In this document: one piece after another, positions 14,077 to 30,700 of the stretch
Layout of the letters: each line of letters opens with the position of its first letter
How positions within the stretch are numbered: position 1 is the first letter of the stretch
From: Auanema rhodensis
Taxonomy: Eukaryota; Animalia; Nematoda
Direction: 5' to 3'
Length of the DNA stretch: 64,000 nt
Assembly: GCA_964057225.1 (NCBI GenBank)
Contig: OZ059898.1
Span: 13,330,001-13,394,000 of the forward strand
Program-made: the position numbers and the translations under genes
Notes under the pieces: generated by a model
Database searches by the model: none
Told to the model about the DNA's origin: nothing
Seen by the model: the letters and a program-made list of their open reading frames with translations, nothing else

Positions 14077-14618
14077 ATGCATTTTTCTGCTTTTACAACA
14101 CTTATCTTCCTTCTTTCAACAGTTCTGATATCATTTGCCATACCATTTGATAACCAGATGAGTTTGGATAAAACAGAAATAGGTAAGCAACTTGTTATAA
14201 CTTTTCAACTTTTTTTATGAAATTTGTCTATTTTAGGAATGCAATTGCCTGATCTTTTGTCACCTCTTCCACAAAAAAGACGAATTGGTATGACAATTTA
14301 AACTTCTTTTCTCTAACTTTTTCTTAACTTCACTTTTGATTTGCAAAAAAAAAGAAGATAATTAAAATTGAAACGAAGTACGCTTAAATGAAATGAGCTC
14401 ATTCTTTGGTTAAACCTGATGGTAAACACTTTTTCTGAAAACTATTTAACCATCTTTTCACTTTTCAAAGAACAAAAATATAATTTAAATTAGATTGAAG
14501 CTTAAACTTAAGTTTAACGGATACTAAGCTTATGCTTGTTGTAGGCATGCGATTACCTAACATCATCTACCTTCGTGGCGATCATTCCGCAGAAAAAAAG
14601 TTCAGTCGTTGGGAATAG
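14077..14618 (+). CDS. nlp-19: Neuropeptide-like precursor, NLP-19 type (3 exons: 14077-14182, 14237-14287, 14545-14618)
   Basis: Spliced protein MHFSAFTTLIFLLSTVLISFA-IPFDNQMSLDKTEIGMQLPDLLSPLPQKR-RIGMRLPNIIYLRGDHSAEKK-FSRWE*. It has a signal peptide, dibasic KR/KK sites and a GMRLPNII motif resembling C. elegans NLP-19 (G[LM]RLPN) peptides. Both introns are GT-AG and in phase. Absent from the ORF track. Confidence 0.85.
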
Positions 14619-14888
14619 ATACGTTATGGAATGGCAAATCTTCATTCTATGTTTCATCTTATTCTTACCAAATAAATATTTTAATTTTATTAAAAGGAAA
14701 AAACTTGATATAAAGAGAGAAAGATAGAGAGAAAGGGGGGAGGGAGAGAGAGATATATATAGGAAGAAAAGGAGAGAAAGGAGAAAAAAAGAGATTATAA
14801 CATTGAATAAACAAAAAACAAATTTGAAAGAAATTATTTTATTTCATAAATATTAATAACAGTCAGTACTTCTACTTCCTATTCGCCT

Positions 14889-14889
14889 A

Positions 14890-14941
<52 letters not shown>
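14889..14941. repeat. (CT)n microsatellite
   Basis: CT run with one interruption. Confidence 0.9.
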
Positions 14942-14942
<1 letters not shown>

Positions 14943-15571
14943 AACTACTGCAACTACTAGTACTACAACCAATCCACTAACAACTAATCATTCTATACAA
15001 ATTTTGTTATTTATTGCTTCCAAAATAAAAAAAAAAAGAAGAAAAAAAGAGTTTTTCTTCATTATTGTTGGTTTTTATTTGGATTTATGTGGTGATATCT
15101 ATATATATTATATTAATATTAATCATAAATAAAAAATACAGATATTCATTCGATCATCACATATGCATGATATTGTATTTTTTGGGAACTGATAGCTTTT
15201 TTTTTTTTGGAGCAATTGTTATGATTCTATGTGGACGATGGACGATGATGATGATGATCTGATGGAAATATGGAAATTTCATGTACAATCATTATACTTA
15301 TGATATTGATATTCATGATTACAATCATCATGATATACGTCATTTATAAACCAAACAATGATCTGGAATGTTTCTAACTTCAAGGAAATAATGTATGTAT
15401 TGGGTACAATCACTAACAACAACAACAACAACAACTAGTACCGTTGTACAAAGTTTTTCCTTAATCTCCCTTCATGGTATTACCCAATCTGAAAGTAATA
15501 TTTTTTTTCTTTTGTGGTATTTCAATTGATTAGGAAAATGCTTTTGATTATGCTTTAACCTTATGCTCCCT

Positions 15572-15575
<4 letters not shown>

Positions 15576-15617
<42 letters not shown>
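15576..15617. repeat. (GA)n microsatellite
   Basis: Perfect GA run followed by (ACAAGA)n. Confidence 0.9.
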
Positions 15618-15619
<2 letters not shown>

Positions 15620-16897
15620 AAGAACAAGAACAATAAAGATAATGATGAAGTAGTCGAGAAGTTTAAAAGATAAAAAGTGGTCAAATAAACAATATTTATA
15701 TATATACAAGTGATTATAAAATAATAAATATATTTATAACTATATAACTCATATTGTTGTTATTATTGTTTATTATTTTAAATATTATAAAGTCAAATAA
15801 TAAATAAAAACTCATCACTTACATACATGTATACATGTATACATGTATGTATAATCAAAGGTTTTATTTTAATTTTATTGAAAACATTAATATAATTTTT
15901 TTTTTGATTTAAATATATAATTTGAATATTTTGAATATATTACTCATCTTCATTATCATCTTCTTCTAACTTTTCTAGAAGCTATTTTGGCTTTATTAAG
16001 AAATGATTGAGAATAACATGTTTAAAAGTATGTTTGTCATGTTATTATATAATAAAATATATATTTTAGTATATTTATATATAGTTAGATAGATTATGCT
16101 GTGATTAAAGCTTTAAGCTTTATGTTCGATGAAGAGAAAAAACCGAATATCAAATAACCTGGAGTTGTGAGAGAAGCAGAGATAAAGCAAAATGAAAAAA
16201 TACTGCCTCGTCTACTCATCTCGTCACTAGCAAAAGCACTTTTATGAATTCTGATAACATTTACTAGCAGCTCGTTTCAGAGAGATAGTGAGAGAGTAGA
16301 GAATAGAGAGAGAGAAACAAAGAAAAAGAGAAAAGGGGGTACAGATGAAAGAAGTGAAGTAGCTGTGTTAAACGCTCATAACATGCTATTTGTTTTGAAT
16401 TGATAACGAAATTCCCTTAGCTTTTTCTTTTTTTAGAGCATAGAACTCTTGCAATGTCTCTCTCTTCCTTACTGCTTGTCTCTCTTTCTTTTTATAATTT
16501 TCCATTTGCTCTACATTAGATTGACTGCTACTAGTAGTAAAAAAAATCTTTTTATTTTTATTTTTTTTAAATTCAATTCTCAAAACCATTCGTCGTTCTT
16601 CAGCCCCCTTCCTACAAAAAATATTTCCGATAATCGTTATCCATATCTATCCATATATATATATATATCTAACATTTCATTTCAATATTATCACTTCAAA
16701 ATCATAATATTCACAAATTCACACAATTAATATTTCTCTATATAGTATATAGATTTAGATGCTATTTATGTATCTAATATACAAAACCATTTTAGCTTTT
16801 TTTTTATTCAAAAAACCATTTTCTATTTTTTTTTTTTTACATTTTTTTAATAAAAATTATTATTATTTTAATAATTTTAGATTAATATCTTAATCTT

Positions 16898-17941
16898 ATG
16901 GATAGAAGTGTTGCTAATAGCACAACAAACCTAACTATGCGTATAGGAAAGGGTAACATCGAGACAAAATTTAATCTCAAAAAGTTAAAGGTACCAAATA
17001 TGTTTTTAAGTTTTTCAATCAACACACAGCTATTGTATCTTCAGAAATTCATGCTCATTCTGATTTTCATTGAAACAGCTCTTATGATTATTGTAGGAAA
17101 TAAGTTGTCATACGGTAAGCCTATAGCTTGCAGCATAGCAGCATTTTCAAAACTTTTTATTTAGAAATGTCTGCGGCTTCCTTTTCTGTTCTTCTTTCTA
17201 TATATATGTTTTCTATATTATTAACTATATATGGCTTGCTGACCAATAAAACATATGCATTTGTTCCGTTAAAAACTATTTGGGTATGCTTTTATGCAAC
17301 AAAAACTTTAGTTTTCAACTTTAATAACAACTTTTTTATACTCGTTATTACAGTTCATAACAGCTGCCATATCTATATTCATATTTGGCTTTACTCTATT
17401 TCTTCAACTTCAGTGCTCTATAACAGGTTTTGATTAGAATTTTTTTTTCTTTTTCTTTTTTTTTGTTTGTGATCAAAATTAAATAAAATGAAAATTCATA
17501 TTTCAGATGGATATATTGCTCAAAGACGATGTCAACTAATGAACAGAGGACAATATTGGGTTGTTTCGTCAAATTTCATTATTCAAAACAACTTTTTCTT
17601 TAATTTTTTAGGATTTTGTAATCTCATTGCTAATAAGTGGACTGAAATGTTCTCAAATTTATATTCTAAATTATATTATAATATTGATTAATGAGCTTAA
17701 GGAGTAAGTTTTTATTTTTTTATCCAAAAAAATGAAAAAAAAATCTGCAGATCAAGATTAGATGAAAGTCATCCGAATCCCGATACAGATGATGAAGATG
17801 TGAGAATTTCTTCCATTATTAAGGAAGTTTATAACTTTTTAATACATTTTTTTCTCATTCCAGATGATTGTTTTCGAAAGAAAAGTCAGTCCAAATAGTT
17901 CAAAAAGTAAAATTCAGGACGCAAACAGCCCAATCGCATAA
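16898..17941 (+). CDS. Four-transmembrane protein of unknown function (about 208 aa, 8 exons), LAPTM/DUF4728-like topology
   Basis: Seven GT-AG introns splice in phase: MDRSVAN...KKLK|KFMLILIFIETALMIIVGNKLSYE|MSAASFSVLLSIYMFSILLTIYGLLTNKTYAFVPLKTIW|FITAAISIFIFGFTLFLQLQCSITD|GYIAQRRCQLMNRGQYW|DFVISLLISGLKCSQIYILNYIIILINELKE|SRLDESHPNPDTDDED|MIVFERK...NSPIA*. A TTTTAG acceptor lies 17 nt before the ATG. Confidence 0.8.
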
Positions 17942-18517
17942 ATTTGACCAAAAAATGTCAATGTTTTTAATGTTTTTTTTTCTTTGTTCATTGTATATAG
18001 AGACAACACAAAAAAAATGACGAAAAATCAATAAATCTTTAATAATACATCTTTATATTTTTTTATTTTTTTGATTAAATATTTAATTATTTTAATTTAA
18101 TTTAAGATGTATGATGTTCTAATTTTTTTTTTTGCTAAAGAATATTTGATCTGAAAATACAGAAAGTGAAAAAAATGCAAAAGTGAAAGATAAATGCAAC
18201 CGCACCAACACACTAATGAGTTCAAAATGTGAATGTACACGTATGATGTACAAGTGAACTGACGTCATTTTGACGTATTCTAATGAATATATTCAAAATC
18301 AATATACATACATACAGTTGTCCTTATATTTAATTTCAAATAAATATTAATAAAATGAGTTTTTTTTTTGTGGATTAGATCAGATATACAGGTATACTCA
18401 TGATATCGATTGAAGATGTGATTATAGAGAAAGAGAGAGGGATTTATTAATAAAAAAAATGGTTATGATCGGTAGATTAGTTGACAATCAAGTGAACTCA
18501 AAAATTCACTACATACA

Positions 18518-18552
<35 letters not shown>

Positions 18553-18709
18553 GTCCATCTCTGTATTCGTTCCTTGTAATATAGTTCATATTTAATTATT
18601 TTGTATAATTATTGTAATTATTGCTAATAATATTTTTTTCAAAATTTTTAAAAGAAAAAACGAAAAAGAGTAAAAATTTGATTTTCAAAATCCTTTGAAT
18701 CGAAAAAGA

Positions 18710-18842
18710 AGGTCAGCAGCCATAGCGGAGTCTTCGCCGGCTGACCTGGATCGGATGTTAGGAGAGATTGGCTGTCATTCTCTCCACAAAAGCGATTCGT
18801 TTTCAACACACTTGACTGTACGTGTAACTCTTTCCTGACATC
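18710..18842 (+). ncRNA. Candidate structured RNA of unknown family
   Basis: GC-rich island. Stems: AGGUCAGC/GCUGACCU (8 bp), GAUGUUAGGAGAGA/UCUUUCCUGACAUC (14 bp), plus several internal hairpins. The G-U wobbles favour the + strand. Confidence 0.4.
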
Positions 18843-19391
18843 AGTTTTACATATAATTAGTATAATTACATGTTTTGAATTTTGTTAATTTTAATAATTT
18901 ATGTTTATTTATTTTTTCTTTTATAAACAAAGTTTTATTTTGTTTTTTGTCTTGAAATTCGTCCAGATAACAAACTCAAAACGTGTTTCTTTCAATAGGT
19001 CTTGTTCAATTCAAGAATTTCCTTATTGCGGTTCAGGTTGTTGAATTTTATTTTTTTTTTCTCCATTTTCTTGGAAAATCAATTATCGCAAAGGTACATA
19101 ATCCTTTTATTGTGTTAAAAATTAGGAAACTTGTATTGATCTCATGTATTTCAATGATTTCTCCCTCGATTTCATTCATATTTAAGGTTACCCAAGGTTT
19201 TCTGTAGTTCTCTAAGAATGTTATGTTTGATTTGTGTTTGAAGATATTACTGTACTTTGTCGAATTTTTCTCGAATATATGCATGAAATTTTGATTTGAT
19301 ATAGTATTAAATGGGATTATATAGTTGGATATATTATAGTTAATCTTTGAAATTCCTGTTTCAAAATAGTTTTTAAACTAAACTATCATTC

Positions 19392-21310
19392 ATGGAGAAT
19401 AATAATGAAAATGGTACAACATGTAAGTATCTTTGTAACTTTTTTTTTTCAAAAATTTCTTATTGTTTTGCCTTTTTCAGTAGTTCTAGTTACTGGAGCT
19501 AGTGGATATATTGGATCACAATGTGTTAAACAGCTACTTGATCGTGGTTACAAAGTTCGCGGAACAGTCAGAGATCTGAAATGCTCGAAAAAGGTAGTTG
19601 ATGGTGTGATTTATCATATTCAGACATATAACGTCTGGCTTGATAGGTTGATCCAGTCAAATGTTTGGATAAGAAAGGACTTCTTGAACTGGTTGAAGCC
19701 GATCTGTTGAATGATGATTGTTGGGACAAGTAAGTTGATCACGATGACTGAATCTTTGATCCGAACACACGTGGGAATGCTCGCAATTCTCTTCATTTCT
19801 ACGTTTTCCTTTTGTTTAACTTTTCTCTTTTTTCTCAGTTTTACATAATGATTGCAGTGTTGTGAAAGATTGTGACTACATTCTACATGTGGCATCTCCT
19901 TTCCCAATTGTTGCTGATGAGAAATGCATTGATACAGCCATCAGAGGTAAATCACCTTGTCCTTCCTCTTTCCAGTCATTTCTCTGTGTTTTTTTCTTCC
20001 AAAAAATCGTTTTTGTTTTCATATTTTTTTGTTCTTATCACCTGTTTATCTTTATCATTCAACGTAAAATGTTGCAGGAACATTGAACGTCCTTAGTGCT
20101 GCTGGTCGTTGTAATTCCATCAAAAAAGTTGTATTAACGAGTAGCTGTGCTGCTGTAAACGGTATGATGATACTTGTCTTTCTTTATCTTCATCGTCATT
20201 GTCATCGTCATCTTCATCTTCTTCATCATCATCGTCTTCTTCTTCTTCTGTTTTATTGCTGATGAAACTGAATTATTTTTAAAACTACGATGATGTAACG
20301 AAAAAATATTTGATAGAGTATGATGAAAAGCATACATTTGGCTTTTTTTTGTTTTCAGAAGGTCATGCTAATCCTGGAATGTTATTCGATGAGACAACCT
20401 GGACAAATATCGATAGTCCATCTGTTGATTATTATGCGAAAAGTAAAACTTTAGCTGAAAAAGCTGCATGGGATTTCATAAAAGATGATAAACATGAGAA
20501 CAAGTTTGTTAACACTGCTCTCATGCTCTTGAGCTCATTTTCGGATAGTTTAGATTCAAACTTACAGCAATTAATCCAACTTTGGTATTTGGACCTATGT
20601 TGATCGATGAACAAGGAGCAAGTGTTACGGTAATTTTGTTGATTTTCCTAGAAAATAGAATGAAACATCACATAAACTCATTACCAATATATAGATTATG
20701 AGACGTTTCTTAAACAAGGAAATGCCCGCTGTTCCTGCTCTCAACATGGGTTGTGTTGATGTCCGAGATGTTGCCTTAGCTCACATTGAAGCTATGAGAC
20801 GTCCAGAAAGTGATGGGGAACGTATTTTGGTATTAATTTTGAAGATAAATCAAGTAATACGTACTGGATAACTTTTAGGTTACAAGTCAGCCATCTCTCT
20901 GGTTCCGTGACATTTCTCGAATTCTCAGTTCGGAATTCAAGAAGCAAGGTATATCACTTGAAATCTTTTTATCAATCGAGATGTTGATCTCATTTCAGGA
21001 TATTCATTTCCAAATATCCAAGTACCATATGCTATCTTATGGCTTTATTCGTTCATTGATTCTCAAGCTTCTGCTATTTTGAATCGTGTTGGACATATCA
21101 TTCGATTCGATAACTCTAAGGTAAATAGAATTTACAATTCAACAACAAAATGCGGAAAATTCTTTATTTCAGGCCGAACGTCTTCTTGGCATAACCTTCA
21201 AAAATCCTTCCGATTCCATCATCTCTATGGCATATTCATTGATTGAACGTGGTCATATCAAGAAAACAAAAGGATATACCAATGTTCCAGATAAATACAA
21301 AGATTTTTAA
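19392..21310 (+). CDS. NAD-dependent epimerase/dehydratase, extended SDR (dihydroflavonol-reductase/aldehyde-reductase-like), multi-exon
   Basis: VLVTGASGYIG Rossmann motif, GYKVRGTVR, HVASP, VVLTSS, catalytic YAKSK (YxxxK), INPTLVFGP and VDVRDVA. Starts MENNNENG, ends KYKDF*. Confidence 0.92.
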
Positions 21311-21518
21311 GAAAATATTATTTCTTTTTTACGTGTTTGGAAGCATTATCATTTATTTTTTTATGAAGAAATAATAAAATTTTCTCTAATATTTCGTACT
21401 ATTCATTGATTTTAAATAGAAAAATGTTCATCATCATCCATTTTTAGTAACAAAAAAACGTTGCAAAATGTATTTTTCTTGATAAAATTTCTGAAAAGCA
21501 ATTCTCTCTCTCGGAAAC

Positions 21519-21564
21519 TCTGTGTGTGTGTGTGTCTCTCTCCCTCCCTCTCTCGCTCTCTCCC

Positions 21565-21621
<57 letters not shown>

Positions 21622-21632
21622 CTCTCTCTCTC
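21519..21632. repeat. Compound (TG)n/(CT)n microsatellite
   Basis: TG run followed by degenerate CT runs. Confidence 0.9.
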
Positions 21633-22474
21633 TTTTAGTGATTCACGTAACAATTCACGTGAAAATTATAAGTTATAGAAATTTCATTTTGAAATATCAT
21701 CATAGTGATTAGCGGTCGGATATGATGCAAAATGAAATGAAGCATACATTCCATACATCAAGCATCTATCTATACAGGTTTTGACTATTTTTTCTAATTT
21801 GCAACGTAAACGTATTTTCCAAAATATTCTTTAAAAATGATTATTTGATATTTCCTGTCATATATCATATCATATATACTATTACTATTGTTAGTATATA
21901 ATCTTTCATTTCTCATAGATAAAAAGAAGTTTTCAATCTTTCGAAACATTTTCCTTTCAAAGCAGTTTGGTGTTTGATTTTAAAAGCTTTTTTTATTTGT
22001 TTTTTTTTTGCTTTGAAAGAACAAAATGTTGATTGATTGTGGTTTTAACTTTTCCCAAAGATTATATGATTTCTTGACCCTTAACCTTACTTTATACCTT
22101 ATCTAGATAGACACATCTAGTTATTTGATCAAATGAATGTTTGATCCACCATAATACATGAGATTCTCCTCCTACAATTGCTCCATATCTTCTCAACTTT
22201 TCATAGCTTAGTTCAACTCTCATTCTGCCAATAACTACTATGCCATGAGCAGATAATTGAATTATGATATCCTATATTACAATCTTAACTATACTTCTGC
22301 CTGTATATATAAACCTATATAGTAATTCAGTTATGTTCATATCCTCTTTAATTCTCAAATCTATAACTTATGACTATCTAACTATTTATTCTTTTATTAA
22401 TTCCTATATAGATTTCATATTATCAATCTTAAACATCAATATATGTTGTGTTTTCCTGTACTTTGTAATACTAG

Positions 22475-27265
<4,791 letters not shown>

Positions 27266-27795
27266 AAAAGAAATTTTTAATAGCATTGTATATATTTGTA
27301 TTTATTATTACAATATATTTTTAATTTATTATAGTCTTATATCAATTTAATATGAAAATTGTTGTTTAACATACATACAGTAGTACCAGACATACACTAT
27401 AGTACCGAAATAATTGCCATTTTTGACGATTTCTGTTGAAATTAAGAAAAACAGAAATGATGAAAGGAAAGATTTCTATAACTACATCATACCTCCTATA
27501 TCTAAAAATTGAAACTAAGAAGAAAAAAAGGTTATTGAGATTAGAACATTGACGTTTATACAACTCCGACGCAGTTTATGAATATTAAAAAAAATAAAAT
27601 ATATATATATTCTCAAAGTCTGATTAGAAAAAAAATATTTATATGCATTTTTTGGGGATCCCGGATTTCAAATATTCATATCTCCAAAATCTTTTTAAAA
27701 GATTTTCTCAAAAATTCGGTAGAGCATTAAAGTAGGAATTTCCAATTTCTTGAACTCTGACTCTCTTGAACTTCTTTCTCACTCTTGAACTTGAA

Positions 27796-30700
27796 ATTTG
27801 GCTGTGACTCTTCAAATTTCCGGAAAAAAGGTTTATATAGGCCTCATCCACAAGATTTGTTCACAAAAAAGTTCAGGCTGTAGGCACGTTGTGTCCGGTG
27901 ATTGTTCGATTTTGTCAAAGATCATAAACTATAATCAAATGAAAATACTCTGAGGTTGGGTATTCAGATGTGTACATTCTGAAATTCTTAGTGAGATTTG
28001 GCTGTGACTTTTCAAATTTCCGGAAAAAAGGTTTATATAGGCCTCATCCACAAGATTTGTTCACAAAAAAGTTCAGGCTGTAGGCACGTTGTGTCCGGTG
28101 ATTGTTCGATTTTGTCAAAGATCATAAACTATAATCAAATGAAAATACTCTGAGGTTGGGTATTCAGATGTGTAGATTCTGAAATTCTTAGTGAGATTTG
28201 GCTGTGACTTTTCAAATTTCCGGAAAAAAGGTTTATATAGGCCTCATCCACAAGATTTGTTCACAAAAAAGTTCAGGCTGTAGGCACGTTGTGTCCGGTG
28301 ATTGTTCGATTTTGTCAAAGATCATAAACTATAATCAAATGAAAATACTCTGAGGTTGGGTATTCAGATGTGTAGATTCTGAAATTCTTAGTGAGATTTG
28401 GCTGTGACTTTTCAAATTTCCGGAAAAAAGGTTTATATAGGCCTCATCCACAAGATTTGTTCACAAAAAAGTTCAGACTGTAGGCACGTTGTGTCCGGTG
28501 ATTGTTCGATTTTGTCAAAGATCATAAACTATAATCAAATGAAAATACTCTGAGGTTGGGTATTCAGATGTGTAGATTCTGAAATTCTTAGTGAGATTTG
28601 GCTGTGACTTTTCAAATTTCTAGAAAAAAGGTTTATATAGGCCCCATCCACAAGATTTGTTCACAAAAAAGTTCAGGCTGTAGGCACGTTGTGTCCGGTG
28701 ATTGTTCGATTTTGTCAAAGATCATAAACTATAATCAAATGAAAATACTCTGAGGTTGGGTATTCAGATGTGTAGATTCTGAAATTCTTAGTGAGATTTG
28801 GCTGTGACTTTTCAAATTTCTAGAAAAAAGGTTTATATAGGCCCCATCCACAAGATTTGTTCACAAAAAAGTTCAGGCTGTAGGCACGTTGTGTCCGGTG
28901 ATTGTTCGATTTTGTCAAAGATCATAAACTATAATCAAATGAAAATACTCTGAGGTTGGGTATTCAGATGTGTAGATTCTGAAATTCTTAGTGAGATTTG
29001 GCTGTGACTTTTCAAATTTCCGGAAAAAAGGTTTATATAGGCCTCATCCACAAGATTTGTTCACAAAAAAGTTCAGGCTGTAGGCACGTTGTGTCCGGTG
29101 ATTGTTCGATTTTGTCAAAGATCATAAACTATAATCAAATGAAAATACTCTGAGGTTGGGTATTCAGATGTGTAGATTCTGAAATTCTTAGTGAGATTTG
29201 GCTGTGACTTTTCAAATTTCCGGAAAAAAGGTTTATATAGGCCTCATCCACAAGATTTGTTCACAAAAAAGTTCAGGCTGTAGGCACGTTGTGTCCGGTG
29301 ATTGTTCGATTTTGTCAAAGATCATAAACTATAATCAAATGAAAATACTCTGAGGTTGGGTATTCAGATGTGTAGATTCTGAAATTCTTGGTGAGATTTG
29401 GCTGTGACTTTTCAAATTTCCGGAAAAAAGGTTTATATAGGCCCCATCCACAAGATTTGTTCACAAAAAAGTTCAGGCTGTAGGCACGTTGTGTCCGGTG
29501 ATTGTTCGATTTTGTCAAAGATCATAAACTATAATCAAATGAAAATACTCTGAGGTTGGGTATTCAGATGTGTAGATTCTGAAATTCTTAGTGAGATTTG
29601 GCTGTGACTTTTCAAATTTCCGGAAAAAAGGTTTATATAGGCCTCATCCACAAGATTTGTTCACAAAAAAGTTCAGGCTGTAGGCACGTTGTGTCCGGTG
29701 ATTGTTCGATTTTGTCAAAGATCATAAACTATAATCAAATGAAAATACTCTGAGGTTGGGTATTCAGATGTGTAGATTCTGAAATTCTTAGTGAGATTTG
29801 GCTGTGACTTTTCAAATTTCCGGAAAAAAGGTTTAAATAGGCCTCATCCACAAGATTTGTTCACAAAAAAGTTCAGGCTGTAGGCACGTTGTGTCCGGTG
29901 ATTGTTCGATTTTGTCAAAGATCATAAACTATAATCAAATGAAAATACTCTGAGGTTGGGTATTCAGATGTGTAGATTCTGAAATTCTTAGTGAGATTTG
30001 GCTGTGACTTTTCAAATTTCCGGAAAAAAGGTTTATATAGGCCCCATCCACAAGATTTGTTCACAAAAAAGTTCAGGCTGTAGGCACGTTGTGTCCGGTG
30101 ATTGTTCGATTTTGTCAAAGATCATAAACTATAATCAAATGAAAATACTCTGAAGTTGGGTATTCAGATGTGTAGAATCTGAATTTCTTAGTGAGATTTG
30201 GCTGTGACTTTTCAAATTTCCGGAAAAAAGGTTTATATAGGCCTCATCCACAAGATTTGTTCACAAAAAAGTTCAGGCTGTAGGCACGTTGTGTCCGGTG
30301 ATTGTTCGATTTTGTCAAAGATCATAAACTATAATCAAATGAAAATACTCTGAGGTTGGGTATTCAGATGTGTAGATTCTGAATTTCTTAGTGAGATTTG
30401 GCTGTGACTTTTCAAATTTCCGGAAAAAAGGTTTATATAGGCCTCATCCACAAGATTTGTTCACAAAAAAGTTCAGGCTGTAGGCACGTTGTGTCCGGTG
30501 ATTGTTCGATTTTGTCAAAGATCATAAACTATAATCAAATGAAAATACTCTGAAGTTGGGTATTCAGATGTGTAGAATCTGAATTTCTTAGTGAGATTTG
30601 GCTCTGACTTTTCAAATTTCCGGAAAAAAGGTTTATATAGGCCCCATCCACAAGATTTGTTCACAAAAAAGTTCAGGCTGTAGGCACGTTGTGTCCGGTG

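Noticed and set aside
15269-15376. 35-aa single-TM micropeptide MEISCTIIILMILIFMIT...
   Set aside because: Hydrophobic Ile/Met runs arise readily from (ATC/ATG)-rich DNA, and there is no supporting signal.
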